This document shows positions 34,884-43,741 of a stretch of 64,000 nt of DNA, piece by piece. Where the stretch lies: the NCBI GenBank assembly GCA_964523905.1, contig CAZFYQ010000004.1, positions 31,535 to 95,534 of the forward strand, read 5' to 3'. Made by a program: the position numbers and the translations under genes. Positions within the stretch are counted from its first letter, which is position 1. Each line of letters opens with the position of its first letter. Below the pieces are notes generated by a model. It searched no databases. It saw nothing but the letters and a program-made list of their open reading frames with translations, and was not told the origin of the DNA. This DNA is from an uncultured Gammaproteobacteria bacterium. Lineage in GTDB: Bacteria; Patescibacteriota; Microgenomatia; Daviesbacterales; UBA10151.

Positions 34884-35477
34884 ATGGCCAAGCAGCATTA
34901 CAAGGATTCGCCTTCGCAAAAGCAAAGAGATACTTTTAAAAAATATTTATCCGAAGATGAAGAGCTGGTATTAGTTACCTCATACAGCAGCGCTTATTTA
35001 AGATCGAAGTTTATTATTTATCTGCTTTTTCCGGGAATGATTTTTTTAGCCCTTGGGATTGGGTTAGGATGGGTCTTGGGACTGGGTAGAATCTGGGCCT
35101 TGGTGTTTGGACTTCTGGGAATGTTGTTATTTGCGGTATTTAAAACCATTCATTTATTTCATGCCCATCGTTACCTATTAACCACCAGAAGAGTAGTGAT
35201 TAAAAAAGGACTGTTGTCTGTTAAATTAACCGCGGCTTTATACGATAAAATCACCCACTTAGAAGTGGATCAGGGAATGTTTGATAGGTTACTGTTACAT
35301 CACGGCACGGTTTTTATAAACACAGCGGGCATGAATAAAGGAGAAATTGCATTAAGGTTTGTTGATTATCCAATGGAACTTAAAAATCTATTGGAAAGAT
35401 TAATTAATCGGGAAAGGGAACAATACGGCCTGCGAGGAGCAACTTTGACTGAAGTTGAAGGAGAGATTATCGATTAA
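34884..35477 (+). CDS. membrane protein with bacterial PH domain (bPH_2/DUF304-like)
   Basis: Two TM helices followed by a RRVVIKKGLLSVKLTAALYDKITHLEVDQGMFDRLLLHHGTVFINTAG beta-rich domain. Confidence 0.5.
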   Translation: MAKQHYKDSPSQKQRDTFKKYLSEDEELVLVTSYSSAYLRSKFIIYLLFPGMIFLALGIGLGWVLGLGRIWALVFGLLGMLLFAVFKTIHLFHAHRYLLTTRRVVIKKGLLSVKLTAALYDKITHLEVDQGMFDRLLLHHGTVFINTAGMNKGEIALRFVDYPMELKNLLERLINREREQYGLRGATLTEVEGEIID

Positions 35478-36051
35478 GTGTTGCTGATGAAGTGGCAATA
35501 CCAGTTGCAGCGGGCATATCAGGCAGGGGTGGTAACAGTTTCTGTGGGTCAGTAAATTCTCCGTTGTGGGTAATTTCCAAATGAGTATGGGGACCTGAGG
35601 TATGTCCGGTTAATCCTACCTCTCCTAAAACACTGTCACTAGTAACTTTATCACCGACTTTAACTAAGATTTTGCCCAAATGGGCATATTTTGATTTAAA
35701 TCCATTTTCGTGGCTGACAACTACATAATCTCCTAAACCAAAGATATCAAAGCCTGCCTCAGAAACTTGCCCATCAGTAATTGGATGAACCGGGGTGCCA
35801 AGGTCTGCTGCAATATCAATTCCGGGATGGAAAAATGAAAATCTGGTGGATAAATAACCTTGGAAAGGTAAAGTTAGCGGTTTGGAGAAAGAAGCGGAAA
35901 CTACCTCGCCTTTCTCTTCTAAAGTCTGGGCATGCACTGTAGCCTGTTTAACAGGTGGGAAAGACAAACTGGGGTAGTAACCCAGAAATTGAAAAAATAT
36001 TAAAGAAATAATCGCTAACCGATAAATCCTTTTTGGTAGATTATTTTTCAA
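35467..36051 (-). CDS. M23 family metallopeptidase (LytM-like)
   Basis: HPGIDIAADLGTPVHPITDG, GDYVVVSHENGFKSKYAHL, GLTGHTSGPHTHLEI. Confidence 0.85.
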   Translation of the reverse strand: MKNNLPKRIYRLAIISLIFFQFLGYYPSLSFPPVKQATVHAQTLEEKGEVVSASFSKPLTLPFQGYLSTRFSFFHPGIDIAADLGTPVHPITDGQVSEAGFDIFGLGDYVVVSHENGFKSKYAHLGKILVKVGDKVTSDSVLGEVGLTGHTSGPHTHLEITHNGEFTDPQKLLPPLPDMPAATGIATSSATLNR

Positions 36052-36203
36052 AATGAATCTTTAATCAAAACAAATCCCAACCTTTTAGGATTGGGAAGAG
36101 AAAGAATTCTATCAAATTCACCTTCAAAAGTAAAGTCCAGCAAGCTGAACTTTGCCTTTTTGCTGCGCAAAAACTTCAAAGCAATTTAGGATATAATTAG
36201 AAA

Positions 36204-37016
36204 ATGAGGAAGATTATTTTGTGGCTTTTGGTGTTAATAAGTCTGGCAGCAATTGTTTTACGTTACAGTAATGAAATTGCCGAAACTGTTTTAGGAATCA
36301 AACAAAAAGGTGGTATTTCTATTTTATCTAATCCTTCAGATGCCGAGGTTTCTTTAGATGGTAAACAGGTTGGCCAAACCACTTATGAAAATAAAAGTTT
36401 AGATACCAGGGAGTATTTGGTAAAGATCGATAAAGACGGTGCTTCTTGGCAGGGAAGAGTCACCATAGAACCGGGAACTGTGACTGTGATTAATCGGGAC
36501 CTGGCCCCATCCGAGGCTTCCTCAGCCGGAGAAGTGCTAAGTTTAACAAAAGGCAGGGGAATGACTATCATTTCTAATCCCTCAGATGCTGATGTAGAAA
36601 TTGATGGAAAATCCTATGGTAAAACCCCTTTATCAATTAATATAAATAGCGGAGATCATACCATCAATCTTTCCCATACCAATTATTTAAACCGCAGTAT
36701 CAGAGCTAATTTACCGGCTAATTTAAATTTAACTGTCTCAGTTGATTTAGGATTATCTGAGCCGGATTTAACCTCTGTTTCAACTCCGGTTATTACGCAA
36801 ACTCAGCAAGTTAAAGTGCTATCAACTCCCACTAGTTTTTTAAGAGTGCGGGATAAAGCTTCGCTAACTGGTAAAGAAATTGGGCGGGTCAATACTGGAG
36901 ATCTGTTAGTGCTTCTGGAACAACAAGACGCTTGGGACCGCATTAAAATGTCTGATGGCACTGAGGGGTTTGTTTCTGCATCCTATGTCCAAAAAGTCAC
37001 TACCTCAAGCCCCTAG
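36204..37016 (+). CDS. PEGA-domain (x2) protein with C-terminal bacterial SH3 domain
   Basis: ISILSNPSDAEVSLDGKQVGQT and MTIISNPSDADVEIDGKSYGKT PEGA repeats; C-terminal GKEIGRVNTGDLLVLLEQQDAWDRIKMSDGTEGFV SH3b-like. Confidence 0.6.
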   Translation: MRKIILWLLVLISLAAIVLRYSNEIAETVLGIKQKGGISILSNPSDAEVSLDGKQVGQTTYENKSLDTREYLVKIDKDGASWQGRVTIEPGTVTVINRDLAPSEASSAGEVLSLTKGRGMTIISNPSDADVEIDGKSYGKTPLSININSGDHTINLSHTNYLNRSIRANLPANLNLTVSVDLGLSEPDLTSVSTPVITQTQQVKVLSTPTSFLRVRDKASLTGKEIGRVNTGDLLVLLEQQDAWDRIKMSDGTEGFVSASYVQKVTTSSP

Positions 37017-37937
37017 GTAATATATGATACCGATAGTCAGGACGGTCCAGACAATAGTGGCGGCAAACAGCGGACGATCTGACAGTAACACCCGCTCTGG
37101 TGACTCGCCCTCTTTTTTCTCATACATAATATAGAGATATCTCATCACCGCATAGATGACGACCGGAATAGTGGCCATTAAGTATTTGGCCTCGGTAAAG
37201 GGAAGGGCAATATGTCCAAAAATAAAAGCTAAGGAATTACGAGCCTCAATAGGAGGTTGTAAAAAAGTAAAGAAAGCATAAGAAAGCCAGGCGGATGTGG
37301 CAAACATGGCGGTTAAACTATCCAGTAAACTTTCCGGATAATGCAGTAAAGTTTCCCGGTGCTGAGAAGCAGTGGCCTCCATTAGGGTCCTTTCTGATCT
37401 TCTTTTACCAACAGCCAGGAAAAGGGCAAATGATGAAACTGACAGTAAAAACCACACATTTAAGTGAGCATTAATCACCCAAACACCCCCGTAAACCCGC
37501 AGCACAAATCCCGCGGCAATCACCATTACATCAAGTAAAATTACTCTTTTTAAATATGCAGAATAAAAAACCTGCATGATTAAATAGGTTAAACAAGCAA
37601 AGAAAAATGCCGGAGCTAAGTTATACGCTACTGGTAGAAAAATTACCACACCAGCCAGGGCTAAGAAAATGGCGACCGGTGCCGGTATTAAGCCGGAGGC
37701 AATAGGACGTTTCTTTTTAAAAGGGTGGAGTTTATCCCTTTCAATATCAAAAACATCATTTAATAAATAAGTACTGGAAGAAAAAATACAAAATAGGGTA
37801 AATGCTTCTAATGCCTTAATTTGGGAAGAACGATCCAATAAATTTCCAGAAAAAATAAGCGCTGCAAAAACTGCAAAGTTTTTTATCCACTGTCTTGGTC
37901 GGGATGATTTAAGAATTGCCCAAAGAAATTTAACCAT
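37005..37937 (-). CDS. UbiA-family prenyltransferase (decaprenyl-phosphate phosphoribosyltransferase-like)
   Basis: YLLNDVFDIERDKLHPFKKKRPIASG (NDxxDxxxD motif), 8-9 TM helices. Confidence 0.75.
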   Translation of the reverse strand: MVKFLWAILKSSRPRQWIKNFAVFAALIFSGNLLDRSSQIKALEAFTLFCIFSSSTYLLNDVFDIERDKLHPFKKKRPIASGLIPAPVAIFLALAGVVIFLPVAYNLAPAFFFACLTYLIMQVFYSAYLKRVILLDVMVIAAGFVLRVYGGVWVINAHLNVWFLLSVSSFALFLAVGKRRSERTLMEATASQHRETLLHYPESLLDSLTAMFATSAWLSYAFFTFLQPPIEARNSLAFIFGHIALPFTEAKYLMATIPVVIYAVMRYLYIMYEKKEGESPERVLLSDRPLFAATIVWTVLTIGIIYYLGA

Positions 37938-38932
37938 AAAATTATTCCAAGTACTGCGCTGCCTACCAACAAAGCGGCAAATAATTTACCACTGGAGGAT
38001 AAATTCAAGGCTGCTGCCCCCAGAATAACAGATCCCAATATGTAAAACAAGGAGATTTGTTGATGGGAAAACCCCTGCTGCAGGAGCCGGTGATGTAAAT
38101 GACCATTGTCTCCCCAAACCGGAGATTTGCCTTGCAAAATTCTTCTTAAAAAAGTATAACCAAAATCAGTAGCTGGAATTAATAGCACCAGACCTGCAGT
38201 TGCCACTTTACCCCCGGATAAAATTGCCAACACCGCAATCATAAATCCTAAAATAGTTGACCCGGAAAATCCTGGAAAAATCTTTGCCGGATACCAGTTA
38301 AAAATTAATAGCCCGAGTGATGTGCCACTGGTAATAAAAGCTAATTTAGCGACATTAATTTGTGAAGGGTCAGCTGGTAAATTAAGTTTTAAAGATAATA
38401 GCCCCAGTACAAAAGCAGCGATCGTGACAATTCCCGGCATTTGCCCGTCAACCCCTTTTGACCAATTAATCATATTCATTACCCAAACAATCCAGATAAT
38501 TGCCAAAATAGATGGTACAAAGGAAGCAATATCTAAATGAATAATTCCACCAAAGGGATTGGTGACAAAATTAATGGTGACACCGGAAATTACCAGAATT
38601 GCTGCGGCCAGAAATTGAGCAGCTAATCGAAAATAAGGAGAGATTCTATGATACTTATCATCAAGCAAACCAATTATCAAAAGAATAGTAAGAGAAATAA
38701 GTATTGTAGCAATGGTTTTATCAAAGGGAATAAAGATTATAATTGAAATTAACAGTCCCACAAAAATGGCTAGTCCTCCGGCGCGTGGAACAATGCGGGG
38801 TTGGGTATGAGCTGGATGAGGCCGAAGTTTGGGATTATCCATTAGGCCATATTTTTTTGCCAGTTTAATTGTAAAAGGGATAGAGATGGCAGTTACTAAA
38901 AAAGCAATTAATGCTGGTAATAAAAACTCCAT
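37883..38932 (-). CDS. glycosyltransferase family 4, polyprenyl-phosphate HexNAc-1-phosphate transferase (WecA/MraY-like)
   Basis: DDKYHRISPYFRL, MNMINWSKGVDG (NxxNxxDGxDG loop), GHLHHRL (HIHH-type motif), 349 aa polytopic. Confidence 0.7.
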   Translation of the reverse strand: MEFLLPALIAFLVTAISIPFTIKLAKKYGLMDNPKLRPHPAHTQPRIVPRAGGLAIFVGLLISIIIFIPFDKTIATILISLTILLIIGLLDDKYHRISPYFRLAAQFLAAAILVISGVTINFVTNPFGGIIHLDIASFVPSILAIIWIVWVMNMINWSKGVDGQMPGIVTIAAFVLGLLSLKLNLPADPSQINVAKLAFITSGTSLGLLIFNWYPAKIFPGFSGSTILGFMIAVLAILSGGKVATAGLVLLIPATDFGYTFLRRILQGKSPVWGDNGHLHHRLLQQGFSHQQISLFYILGSVILGAAALNLSSSGKLFAALLVGSAVLGIILWLNFFGQFLNHPDQDSG

Positions 38933-38935
38933 TGA

Positions 38936-39271
38936 TTAGAGAAAAATATAGACAATTTTAATAAATGTAATAGTTAAGATAATACTGATTAATACAGAAG
39001 TTAGATTTAAGATTTTTTTAAAGAAAATTTGTGAAGTGTGTAGCTGCCAGGAAACAATTAAATTAAACAAAGTTATTAAAATAATCGTGGCAGGTAGTAT
39101 CAAAAGCTGCTCCCTATCAACCAATTGATTTTCTCCCCAGGGTAAAGAATAAAAAAGCGGTACTTTTGCCGGTAGCCTTTGAGAAAAAACTAACACAAAC
39201 AAACCCATTAATAAACCTAAAATTAAAGAGACTGTAGTTGTCCAGGATTTAAACATTAATTTAAAAACCAT
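38936..39271 (-). CDS. small polytopic membrane protein (111 aa), hypothetical
   Basis: 3 predicted TM helices; sits between the GT2 and GT4 genes on the same strand. Confidence 0.3.
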   Translation of the reverse strand: MVFKLMFKSWTTTVSLILGLLMGLFVLVFSQRLPAKVPLFYSLPWGENQLVDREQLLILPATIILITLFNLIVSWQLHTSQIFFKKILNLTSVLISIILTITFIKIVYIFL

Positions 39272-39274
39272 TAT

Positions 39275-41050
39275 TTAGGCTTTCTCCAAAAGGCGAGCTT
39301 TGTTGGTAACACGAAACTCCAGCTTTTTACCAAACATTAAAGAGGTTTGTGCGTCAATTGCAGGTAGCGAAGAAATAGTAATTAAAATAATCGGTACAAA
39401 TAACCATTGCACATAAGACCAGATTTTTCTAAATAAAGACCAGTTAGCCGGCCTTGGCGGTGCAGTTTTTTCATGGACAAAGATTGTCACAAATAGTCCA
39501 AAAAAAGCCACGGTTAAAATCCAAGATGAAACAATCGGTAAATTAACTGATAAAACAGAAGCCTTAAAGTTGGGATTAACTAAAGGAATAAACAAACTGC
39601 CGAACGTGACGAAAATAGCTAAAAAACCCCATTTCAAATCACCCCAAATTTTAAATAACAGTTTGTCAGTTTTATCCCAGAAGTCCATTTCCTTTTGGAA
39701 ATATTGCTTTATCACATAAGGAATATGTTCTACCCCGTAAGCCCAGCGTTTAATTTGCAAATACTGATTTTGAAAAGTTTTAAACAAAGTCGTATCCTGA
39801 ACCGCATCAGCCGAAATCGGCAAGAAGTGTGGTACGACTTTGTAATCTCCATTAAAATGAAAGTAGGCTTTCCAGTAAAAGCCGTTATCGTCATTAACCT
39901 TATCAGGAATCCAAAGACCAATATTCAATAAACTTTTTAAAGAAATAGACATTGAAGAATAATTCATATATTTATCAGACCCCGCCATTTCCGCCAGTTG
40001 CCAAAAAGAAGTTCCAGCTGCCATCAGCCGCATCGGGGTGGGGGCTTGCCAATAATTATTATGGTATAAAAATACTCCGGTAAAGGTCCTTTTATCTCGT
40101 TCTGTATAGGGCAAAGATAAATACTTATGTAAAGCGCAGGCTAAAAACATCGGATGAATGACAAAGTCAGCATCCAATGTAGTTACAAAAACATCTTCTG
40201 GTTTGATGCCCATTTTCTTTAGCTGGGGCATTGTATGTTTTATCATCCAGTTTTTATTAGACCCCTGTCCAGCCACTTCACCGGGTAATCCGTATGGGTG
40301 AATGGTAGTAAAAACACCGGCAATTTGTTTTTCAATTGTTTTAAGATAGGCCTTAGTTTGGGCAATTTTTTCCGGATCATCCCTCTCCTCAAATCCCACC
40401 AGTAGTAAAATTTTATCTTTAGGATAATCGCCGTTTATTACAGCATTAAAAGCTGGTTCCAAAATATATAAGGCTTCTTTGTAAGTGGGTACTAAAATTA
40501 AATGATAATATTTATTCCAAATTCCCGGAAAATCATCCTTTAATCTTTGCGGCCAATCTTGTTTTTTCGCTTCTTCCATTTTGCGCCAGCCAATAATAAT
40601 TAAAACACTGATCCGAAGAGCGGTTAACAGCCAATAAACATCAGCAATTAAAATTAAATAAGCTACAGCGTAAGGCAAAGTGAAAGATAACCAAATTGGA
40701 GAAGTAATCGCCAGCCAGGTTAAAGTACCGGGTAAAATTTCTAAGAAACGCTCAAATCCATCTTCATGTTTTAAAACAAATTGTGTCTCCATATCGCGAA
40801 AAAGGATAAATTTGCGGGATAGTAAATGATGAGCAGTTACCCCTAAGCCCCCGCCAATTAAAAAGAAGGATGCTAATACATTTACTCCGCCACCTAAAAC
40901 TCCGCCGCCGAAAAAGCCAACTAACAGTCCCATAATTAGAAAAATTAGTCCAACTAAGCTATAACGAAGACCTTTGATCACACGTTGGATAACTTCAGAG
41001 ACGTAAAAAAAGGATAAAAATCCTATTAAAAAGGTTACTAGTATGCGCAT
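39275..41050 (-). CDS. membrane-bound family 2 glycosyltransferase (cellulose-synthase-like, QxxRW type)
   Basis: TTLDADFVIHP (DxD), QIKRWAYGVEH (QxxRW), N- and C-terminal TM bundles, 591 aa. Confidence 0.65.
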   Translation of the reverse strand: MRILVTFLIGFLSFFYVSEVIQRVIKGLRYSLVGLIFLIMGLLVGFFGGGVLGGGVNVLASFFLIGGGLGVTAHHLLSRKFILFRDMETQFVLKHEDGFERFLEILPGTLTWLAITSPIWLSFTLPYAVAYLILIADVYWLLTALRISVLIIIGWRKMEEAKKQDWPQRLKDDFPGIWNKYYHLILVPTYKEALYILEPAFNAVINGDYPKDKILLLVGFEERDDPEKIAQTKAYLKTIEKQIAGVFTTIHPYGLPGEVAGQGSNKNWMIKHTMPQLKKMGIKPEDVFVTTLDADFVIHPMFLACALHKYLSLPYTERDKRTFTGVFLYHNNYWQAPTPMRLMAAGTSFWQLAEMAGSDKYMNYSSMSISLKSLLNIGLWIPDKVNDDNGFYWKAYFHFNGDYKVVPHFLPISADAVQDTTLFKTFQNQYLQIKRWAYGVEHIPYVIKQYFQKEMDFWDKTDKLLFKIWGDLKWGFLAIFVTFGSLFIPLVNPNFKASVLSVNLPIVSSWILTVAFFGLFVTIFVHEKTAPPRPANWSLFRKIWSYVQWLFVPIILITISSLPAIDAQTSLMFGKKLEFRVTNKARLLEKA

Positions 41051-41056
41051 GTATTT

Positions 41057-41914
41057 TTAGAGGCCGAAGATTATTTTAACATTATTTGTGGTAGTAGTAC
41101 TAATTTCTTCCAAGCTAACTCCTCTTAGCTCGGCTAAAAGTTCGGCAATTTCTTTAACATTAGCCGGCTCATTGCGGGTGCCTCTTTTGCTTTGGGGCGG
41201 TAAAAATGGGCAGTCGGTTTCCAGAATAATTCGGTCAAGTGGTAGCAGTTTGGCTGCCTCACGCAGATATTCATTTTTGGGATAGGTTAAAGTGCCGGCA
41301 AAAGAGACAACTAAATTTGTAGTTTGTAGTATGTAGTTGGTAGTAGGGGGAAGGCCGCTATAACAATGTAAGATCGTTGGATGAGTACCAACCATTTTTA
41401 AAATTTCATCCCAGGCCTCAGAATTTTCCGGATTTTTGGATCGGTCATCGCGACAATGGATAATTAGCGGTACGCTAAGTTTTTTAGCCAGATCAATTTG
41501 CGCTTTCAATAATTTTCTTTGTAAAACTTTTTGTTCATCCTCTGATAAATTAGTGGGATTTAAATCCGGATTATTATCAAAAAAGAAGTCCAGTCCGCAT
41601 TCACCAACTGCCGCGACCTTCTGCGGATTACTCAGGTAAATTTTTTCCAGCTCACTAATAGCTGTGGCTAGAGTTTGGTCATTAAATTTAACCGCTTCGT
41701 GTGGATGAATACCAATAGTAGAGTAAGCAGTCAGTCCAGCAAATTTTGATAGCTGATTTTGTACTTGATCCAAAGCCATTTGGCTTTTTTCTACATCCAC
41801 GCCAACGTTTATCAAGGTACTGACTCCGTTATCCAAAGATCTTTGGATAACCTGATCAAAATCTTCCTGAAAAGATTCCCAATATAAATGAGCATGGTTA
41901 TCGACTAAGGTCAT
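41057..41914 (-). CDS. tatD: TatD-family metal-dependent hydrolase/DNase
   Basis: LVDNHAHLYW, LIIHCRD, ILETDCPFLPP. Confidence 0.85.
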   Translation of the reverse strand: MTLVDNHAHLYWESFQEDFDQVIQRSLDNGVSTLINVGVDVEKSQMALDQVQNQLSKFAGLTAYSTIGIHPHEAVKFNDQTLATAISELEKIYLSNPQKVAAVGECGLDFFFDNNPDLNPTNLSEDEQKVLQRKLLKAQIDLAKKLSVPLIIHCRDDRSKNPENSEAWDEILKMVGTHPTILHCYSGLPPTTNYILQTTNLVVSFAGTLTYPKNEYLREAAKLLPLDRIILETDCPFLPPQSKRGTRNEPANVKEIAELLAELRGVSLEEISTTTTNNVKIIFGL

Positions 41915-43323
41915 ATACGAGGAAATAATGGAGAGCCGGATTTAATTTCTCCAGAAAATTGTTTAAGAATTTTTTCTGAGGTCTTCGGCAAAAATGGCTG
42001 TAAATTAAAAGCAATATGTTGAATCCTTGTAACCAAATCTTCTAAGACCTCTTTAGCTTTATCCCCAGTAAGTTCCCAGGGTTTTTCCTCATTTACCTTT
42101 TTATCAGCATCTTGAATCTCTTTCCAAATATGACCGGTGGCCTCACTAAATTTATAAGCACTTAGATATGCAGTCATTTTTGGATCAAAATCCTCCGCGC
42201 TACTATCAACCTTAATATTGTTAGTTTCACAAAGCTTAGCTACCCGGGCTACTAAATTACCTAGCCCATTTGATAAATTAGCAATATAACTTTCTTGAAT
42301 TCTCTCCATTGTGACATCAGAATCTTCAAAAGTATTTAGTTCATGGGCAATGAAAAATCTGACTGCATCTGTACCATATTTATTAACCAGCTCAAAAGGA
42401 TCAATAACATTTCCCAAACTCTTACTCATTTTTTGACCAGCATTAGTAATAAATCCATGAATAATAATTTGTTTGGAATTTGAAAGTCCTGCAGACATTA
42501 ACATGGCCTGCCACATTGCCGATTGTTGTCTTAGGTTATCTTTTCCAGCTACTTGTACACCTGGCCAAAAATCATTGAAGTTTTTTTCATTTTCAGGCCA
42601 ACCCAAAGTGGAGATATAGCAAACTAAGGCATCAAACCAGACATAGGAAACATGTTCCGGATCATTAAATACTGGCACTCCCCAAGGCAGTTTTTCTTTC
42701 AACCGAGAGATACTAAAATCCTGCAGTCCTGAAGATACAAATTCAGTGATTTCCTTTAAACGAAAATCCGGTAAAACAAATTGAGGATTTTTCTTATATA
42801 GATCCAATAGGGGTTGCTGATAATTAGAGAATTTAAAGAAATAATTTTCTTCGTCAATTATTTCAATTTCCAAATTAGGATGAAGCGGGCAGTGTCCATT
42901 AACCAACTCCGAATCGGTTTTTTCCAGTTCACATCCAATGCAATATTTTATTTTGTAGTTTTTTTTATAAATATCTCCATTTTCTAAACACTTTTTCCAA
43001 AATTCCTGAGCAGCTTTTTTATGTTCAGGACTGCTGGTTCTTAAAAAATTGGTGTAACTTAAATTTAGTGATGATTTTAAATTTTCAAATTTTGCCGCAT
43101 ATTCATCAACATATTCCTGTGGTTTTTTACCTTGCTCTAGTGCTGCTCGATAAATTTTTATTCCATGTTCATCAGTTCCGGTATTAAAAATTACTTCCTC
43201 ACCAAGTAAGCGATGATAACGAGCAATGATATCCGCTTGCACGATTTCCATGGCAAAGCCCAAATGTGGTTCGGCATTAACATAAGGTAATGTGGTTGTG
43301 ATGTAGAAGTTATTCTTACTCAT
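41911..43323 (-). CDS. metG: methionyl-tRNA synthetase
   Basis: TTLPYVNAEPHLGFA (HIGH-type), zinc knuckle CIGCELEK...GHCPLH, KMSKSLGN. Confidence 0.9.
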   Translation of the reverse strand: MSKNNFYITTTLPYVNAEPHLGFAMEIVQADIIARYHRLLGEEVIFNTGTDEHGIKIYRAALEQGKKPQEYVDEYAAKFENLKSSLNLSYTNFLRTSSPEHKKAAQEFWKKCLENGDIYKKNYKIKYCIGCELEKTDSELVNGHCPLHPNLEIEIIDEENYFFKFSNYQQPLLDLYKKNPQFVLPDFRLKEITEFVSSGLQDFSISRLKEKLPWGVPVFNDPEHVSYVWFDALVCYISTLGWPENEKNFNDFWPGVQVAGKDNLRQQSAMWQAMLMSAGLSNSKQIIIHGFITNAGQKMSKSLGNVIDPFELVNKYGTDAVRFFIAHELNTFEDSDVTMERIQESYIANLSNGLGNLVARVAKLCETNNIKVDSSAEDFDPKMTAYLSAYKFSEATGHIWKEIQDADKKVNEEKPWELTGDKAKEVLEDLVTRIQHIAFNLQPFLPKTSEKILKQFSGEIKSGSPLFPRI

Positions 43324-43332
43324 AGGCGTAAA

Positions 43333-43683
43333 TTATACTCTAATCCTCTTAAACCTTCGAGTTTCGCTTTTAGTTTTTTTAAAATAACTAATTAATAGGC
43401 CAAAGGCCACAATTGTTAAACCAAAAGTAATAATATTTAGACTTTGTAATGCTTGGAGAGTTATAAGCACTATGATTGTAAAAGAAATTAATATGGAACG
43501 AAGCATAAATCTTAAGAAAATATTTAAAGTAAAAGTTAGTCCTAAAAATAAAGGTACAAAAAATCCCAACACTTGCAAATAATCGGCTTGAGCCAAACTA
43601 TCCGGGTAGGGAATTTGCCAAATTGCCAGACTAAATAAACACCAGGAAATAAAAGCAAAGAAAGTATCGATAATCAAAGACAT
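43333..43683 (-). CDS. small polytopic membrane protein (116 aa), hypothetical
   Basis: 4 hydrophobic helices; 9 nt upstream of metG on the same strand. Confidence 0.3.
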   Translation of the reverse strand: MSLIIDTFFAFISWCLFSLAIWQIPYPDSLAQADYLQVLGFFVPLFLGLTFTLNIFLRFMLRSILISFTIIVLITLQALQSLNIITFGLTIVAFGLLISYFKKTKSETRRFKRIRV

Positions 43684-43741
43684 AAAGTAATTGTAACCTA
43701 ATCTCCGACGACCTGGAAAGTAAGCAGAGCTTGCCTTTCAA

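Noticed and set aside
41311-41345. Shared 12-13 nt string gtagttggtagt in tatD (41311..41345) and uvrD (55711..55738), together with imperfect 7-mer periodicity
   Set aside because: Both encode a TTNY peptide within normally sized, gap-free regions of conserved proteins. A 12-mer coincidence is expected by chance in 64 kb of AT-biased DNA. This is not a mobile repeat.
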